DNA of 63,489 nucleotides, counting the filler, from Lenisia limosa (lineage: Eukaryota; Protista; Breviatea), in NCBI GenBank assembly GCA_001655205.1. It is 16 parts of 16 records of this genome, joined end to end, with 100 filler letters (N's around TTAATTAATTAA, not from the genome) between each part and the next. Parts side by side here need not be neighbours in the genome. Positions count along the whole stretch, not along the records: positions 59,005 to 60,919 come from LPNZ01008502.1; positions 61,020 to 63,489 come from LPNZ01006586.1; 14 more parts are not named here. One strand, written 5' to 3'. A model generated the notes under the pieces. The model had not been told where the DNA came from. It was given only the letters and a program-made list of their open reading frames with translations, and ran no database searches. Position numbers and translations under genes: made by a program. Positions 59,257 to 63,489 of the stretch are shown in pieces; the stretch's first letter is position 1; every line of letters begins with the position of its first letter.

Positions 59257-60919
59257 NCTCAGGAGGACAATCGAAAATGAGCAGGGTCGGGTTGAGAAGA
59301 CGACCGCATTGGGGGAAGTTATAGACAAGGCTCTTAGCCTCGCCAAAGTAGTTGGCCACTGCTGGTTTGTCCCACATGCCTGTGAGAAGCTGGGAGTGAT
59401 AAAAATGGACAATTTATGAAGGAAAATTCAGTCTTGTTAGGGACAAGAGGAAAGCCCTAGCTGCAAGGCACACTCACCTCCTTCCATCCGAGCATCAGGC
59501 CGTCGGCTATTGAGGGCTTCCAGAGGTTTNNNNNNNNNNNNNNNNNNNNNNNNNNNNNNNNNNNNNNNNNNNNNNNNNNNNNNNNNNNNNNNNNNNNNNN
59601 NNNNNNNNNNNNNNNNNNNNNNNNNTGGCTGACAACACACGAGGGTTGATGACAAAAAAACAAACAAAGCCGTCGCTTCTGCAGCACCGCATCCCATCAA
59701 AGTACAAAATCCCTCTACAACATGTATGTATGTAGCAATGAGAAATAAAGAATAAGGTTGTATCTGACCGAAGCCGTCCACACCACGCTTATAAGATGTA
59801 TAACAAACCTCTGTTGTGATCAACACGGGTTTCGACCGAGGTTGAAAGGGGGACAAAGTTGGTGGAGGGCGATACGTTCTGGGGGGTCAGGCTGGATCCC
59901 AAAATAAGCAGAGTTTCGATCATCAACAAAAAAAAAACATCAGTAGGAATAATATTATTTTTAAACAATAAAAACAGTTAAGAAGAGGAAGGAAAGTATT
60001 GACTAATCCATATTAGGCGGCTTAAACCACACTTTCCAAATTAGTCAGTTTTACAGATTAACCCGGGTACCTGAGGTGCTGCAGCCCCATGGATCAGGGC
60101 CTCTTCGACTAGATTATGTCCGCAGAGGAGTGCTAGACCTTCAGCTGCAACCTGAGGGGAGTAAAATTGGAAAAATATATGAGAGAGATGAGAAATAAAG
60201 CAATGTTGGAAAACAAATTATGATATTATAGCGCTTCCCTACGGTCCCAAAAAAGACTGAATCTCTCGATAAATCCTCGATAAATATCGATATTTTAACG
60301 GTCTTTTTCGGACTGCAGGGAAGCCCAAGCTATAATCCATACCACTCCTCCCCCCAATAAACTCCCCCACAGCAAGGTCTTGTTTGGGTTTCAGATTATT
60401 CGGTTCGTGATTAGTACCTTTACACCAATATTTTTCACCGAAAACTCCTTCGTTTTACCCCCCCCCCCCNNNNNNNNNNNNNNNNNNNNNNNNNNNNNNN
60501 NNNNNNNNNNNNNNNNNNNNNNNNNNNNNNNNNNNNNNNNNNNNNNNNGCAGCCTTGCCGGAAAGAAGAACATCTTTTTCGGCAACCTAAGGAGGGTCAA
60601 AAACAAAGGGGGGCAATTTGAAAAAAAAGCCTCAATTGCTATCATATGGTGTACCTTGAGGAAGTGGGGCATCAGATCAGAAAGAAGTCCGTCAAGCATG
60701 TCCTGCGGGTGGGAGTTCTAAAAATGGTAAGTAACCAAATAGGGTAAGTAGACCCAAATATGGAGAGTCAATAACCAAAGAGGGAATTGCAGTTAGCATA
60801 ATATATATATATGTTAACTCCACCCAGATAAGGCAAGTCCGCCGTACCTCAACCGCAATCCGAGCCTCAGCGTTCTTCACCACATCCGCGAGTGCGGCAT
60901 GGGTTGCTACCGCGGGAGG
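59257..60919 (-). CDS. Hypothetical protein, internal exons
   Basis: AALADVVKNAEARIAVE|NSHPQDMLDGLLSDLMPHFLK|VAEKDVLLSGKA..|VAAEGLALLCGHNLVEEALIHGAAAPQ|..NLWKPSIADGLMLGWKE|LLTGMWDKPAVANYFGEAKSLVYNFPQCGRLLNPTLLIFDCPPE, with phase-0 GT-AG joins. Confidence 0.6.
60231..60326. mobile_element. MITE family A' copy
   Basis: GCGCTTCCCTACGGTCCCAAAAAAGACTG..GGACTGCAGGGAAGCCC. Confidence 0.85.
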
Positions 60920-61249
60920 NNNNNNNNNNNNNNNNNNNNNNNNNNNNNNNNNNNNNNNNNNNNTTAATTAATTAANNNNNNNNNNNNNNNNNNNNNNNNN
61001 NNNNNNNNNNNNNNNNNNNAATTCACCCCCCTCCCCTCACCATCTCCAAAACACGATTAACAAACAAATGGGAGATAACATATAGCAATGAAAAATAAAA
61101 AAAATAAAGTTGTATCTGGCCAAAGCCTTCCACACCATCACTCTTATGAGAGATATTGGATTATAGTATAAAATTAATTCATTTGCAGTACAGCTCTGTG
61201 CACACAGCTTTCTGCTAATAATTAAAACCAAGAAAAGAATTACCTCTCA

Positions 61250-62627
61250 CCGGGTTTACTTCGTACTCCAGGTCCGATCCGACTCTATTGGCGGTCTGTG
61301 CGGCCTTCCGCAGGGGATTACATGCGGCTACGAGTCCTGCGGGCGAGTAATATTGGAGAAATACACTGTTAGATAACTCGGATTTTCATAAAGATATAGG
61401 AGAGAAGTGGGGGGGGGGGGGGNNNNNNNNNNNNNNNNNNNNNNNNNNNNNNNNNNNNNNNNNNNNNNNNNNNNNNNNNNNNNNNNNNNNNNNNNNNNNN
61501 NNNNNNNNNNNNNNNNNNNNNNNNNNNNNNCCTCTCTACTTCTCCATCTATCTCAAATTCCCCCCACTACGGCGCCACGACTTGGGATTCCTGTGTATTG
61601 TCCCATAGTAGTACTTCAAATTCCCATAATATTACGATTCCCTTGTAAATAATAGGAATTCCAACTTGTTCACAAGAATCCCCAAGTCAATGCGCTGTAG
61701 TGTCCCTCTATCTTCCACCCACTGAAGTTGGCTGGAAGCTTTTCACCCGCGAAGGATTGAGAAAGGATAATACTTTCAATGTGACACTCCACGTCCACGT
61801 CAGCAGTATTGAACCTTGATTGTGAGGTTTCATTTGTTGCATTTGTTTTACGTGTAGTACAGATGATGATGATGATGTTGCATACCTGCCGCCCCTTCTC
61901 CTTTCTGTCAATTAATGATCCCCCCATACTCGTCAAAGAAGATAATGCGGAGGTAGGGAAGCGGATTTGCTTTAATCTGCAAAGTAAATCTCTCTTTGTT
62001 TTGAGGACCGAAAGTGATCCCATGTTGACAGCACCGTAGTTTTTTGAGGGTATTGAAAAATGAATCAATTTGCTCATATGCACATGAAGGATCTTTTCAT
62101 GCCCCCACCCCCACCCCCAACTCCGCACCCTAACTCTCAGAATAATACACAAACACTACTTGAGAAATAGCAACACAAGGTTGTATCTGCCCGAAGCCAC
62201 CCACACCATGACGCTTATAAAAGATATTGAATTATAGTAATATAATATCAATTCACCCAATCATTTGCCTTGCAACTCAGTGCACACAGCTTTTGTGTAC
62301 CTTCCCCTATAGAATTAAAATTATGCATAGTGAATACCCCTCTTCCTTAGACCAAGAGTGAATGTTGAATTATTACCCTCCTTCCCCCAAAGAGAATATC
62401 AATAATTAACAAAAAAAAAATACACATATCAATATATACTAGAATACATGTATATCATATGATACTAACCCTCATTTCGTCTGATATTAAAATGCTGTAA
62501 TACTCCCCCCCCCCTCTTACTTCCGAATGTGGAACGTTCATATTCATGTTCATCCTTATCTGGTCACGCATAAAGCAGTCAACGTCGTCCATGGTAGTTC
62601 CAGCGTTCACGTTCAATGCGTGGAGCT
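61250..62627 (-). CDS. Hypothetical protein exons
   Basis: LHALNVNAGTTMDDVDCFMRDQIRMNMNVPHSE; IKANPLPYLRIIFFDE; GLVAACNPLRKAAQTANRVGSDLEYEVNP, bounded by AG and GT. Confidence 0.4.
62165..62295 (-). repeat. Repeat family D, long copy
   Basis: Plus strand GGTTGTATCTGCCCGAAGCCACCCACACCATGACGCTTATAAAAGATATTGAATTATAG..TTCACCCAATCATTTGCCTTGCAACTC. Confidence 0.85.
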
Positions 62628-63489
62628 GGAAGGGGGTGATGGTAAAATATATAGCAATGAGAAATAAAGAACAAGGTTGTATCTGGCCGAAGCCGTCACG
62701 CTTCTAGAGATATTGGATTATACTATCTGACCGGTCTTTTTCGACCGAAGTGAAGCCCAAAATACCCCCCCCCCTTACCATCTCTTCGTTTTCGGTATCT
62801 TCGACAGAAATCTTTCTTTGTTCTCTCTGCGAGATGAGGAAAAAAAGGGGGGGTTGAGCAGAAAACAAAACCAGCTCTTTCAATGACCACCCACCCATCC
62901 ACATACATACATACACACACCTATATATATACATACATAGAAATAAGTATATCATATACTATACACATATCAAGATATAGCTATATACATATCATATGTA
63001 CTATAGCTATATCATATATCATATGATATAGCTATAGGATGGATATATTATATATAAAAAACAGATGTGTTTATGACTGCTACAATCCCCGTCCCCGCCC
63101 CCCGCACCATTTTGAGGATCCTAATGAACTGGCTGGCAGCCATAAGAAGAGACGTCTTGCCACATCCTGCTTCGCCCATAAGGAACACCGGAATATTGGC
63201 CACGATGAACTGGATAGCAGCTAAGACTCGAACCTGAATTGGGTGATGGGTATTATTGGCGACAATTAATATGATTATCCACAGTTAGGGAAGGGGAATC
63301 TATGTAATATACTCAGAACTATCCACGGAAAACACATATCTCTTGTTCGCACCGTGTGGGTACTGGTAGACCCTATTACACATACCATCCCTCATCCCAC
63401 CGTATTATCCAGGGAAAACACATAGCCCTTGTTCTCGAGATGAATCCGCATGGCTTCATAGGTGGACTCCAAGTTTAATGCTCTGCGGG

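Noticed and set aside
60650-60720. DGLLSDLMP as the dynein AAA1-lid motif (GLLSDLFP)
   Set aside because: The following exons lack the RHG..LVG..GSGK AAA2 Walker A, so the gene is left hypothetical.

Overview
Draft-assembly window from an intron-dense eukaryote. It uses the standard code and GT-AG introns, and most exons are 30-230 nt. Axonemal-type dynein heavy chain, alpha-actinin and a PI3K p101-like protein point to a flagellated, probably amorphean protist; I cannot name the species. The window is at least 16 pieces joined by 15 artificial 100-nt spacers (44N-TTAATTAATTAA-44N), plus many ordinary N gaps, so gene order across spacers is unreliable. Recognisable genes: a giant coiled-coil protein with a single 5.76-kb exon, a TBC/Rab-GAP, SEC11, the 3' half of alpha-actinin, two dynein heavy chain fragments, a p101-like gene, a Cys-rich ectodomain multi-TM protein, an ankyrin-repeat protein and several hypothetical genes. 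Mobile DNA: a Tc1 DD34E transposon, a 1.3-kb foldback element and at least six short interspersed repeat families (my labels A, B, C, D, E, F) that fill the introns. The most unusual signal is that the non-palindromic repeats C and E sit at intron 3' ends, with their termini running directly into the poly-C tract and acceptor AG. C and D are also strongly oriented with host transcription. No rRNA, tRNA or CRISPR array was found. All gene models and homologies were read by eye and compared from memory, not searched.
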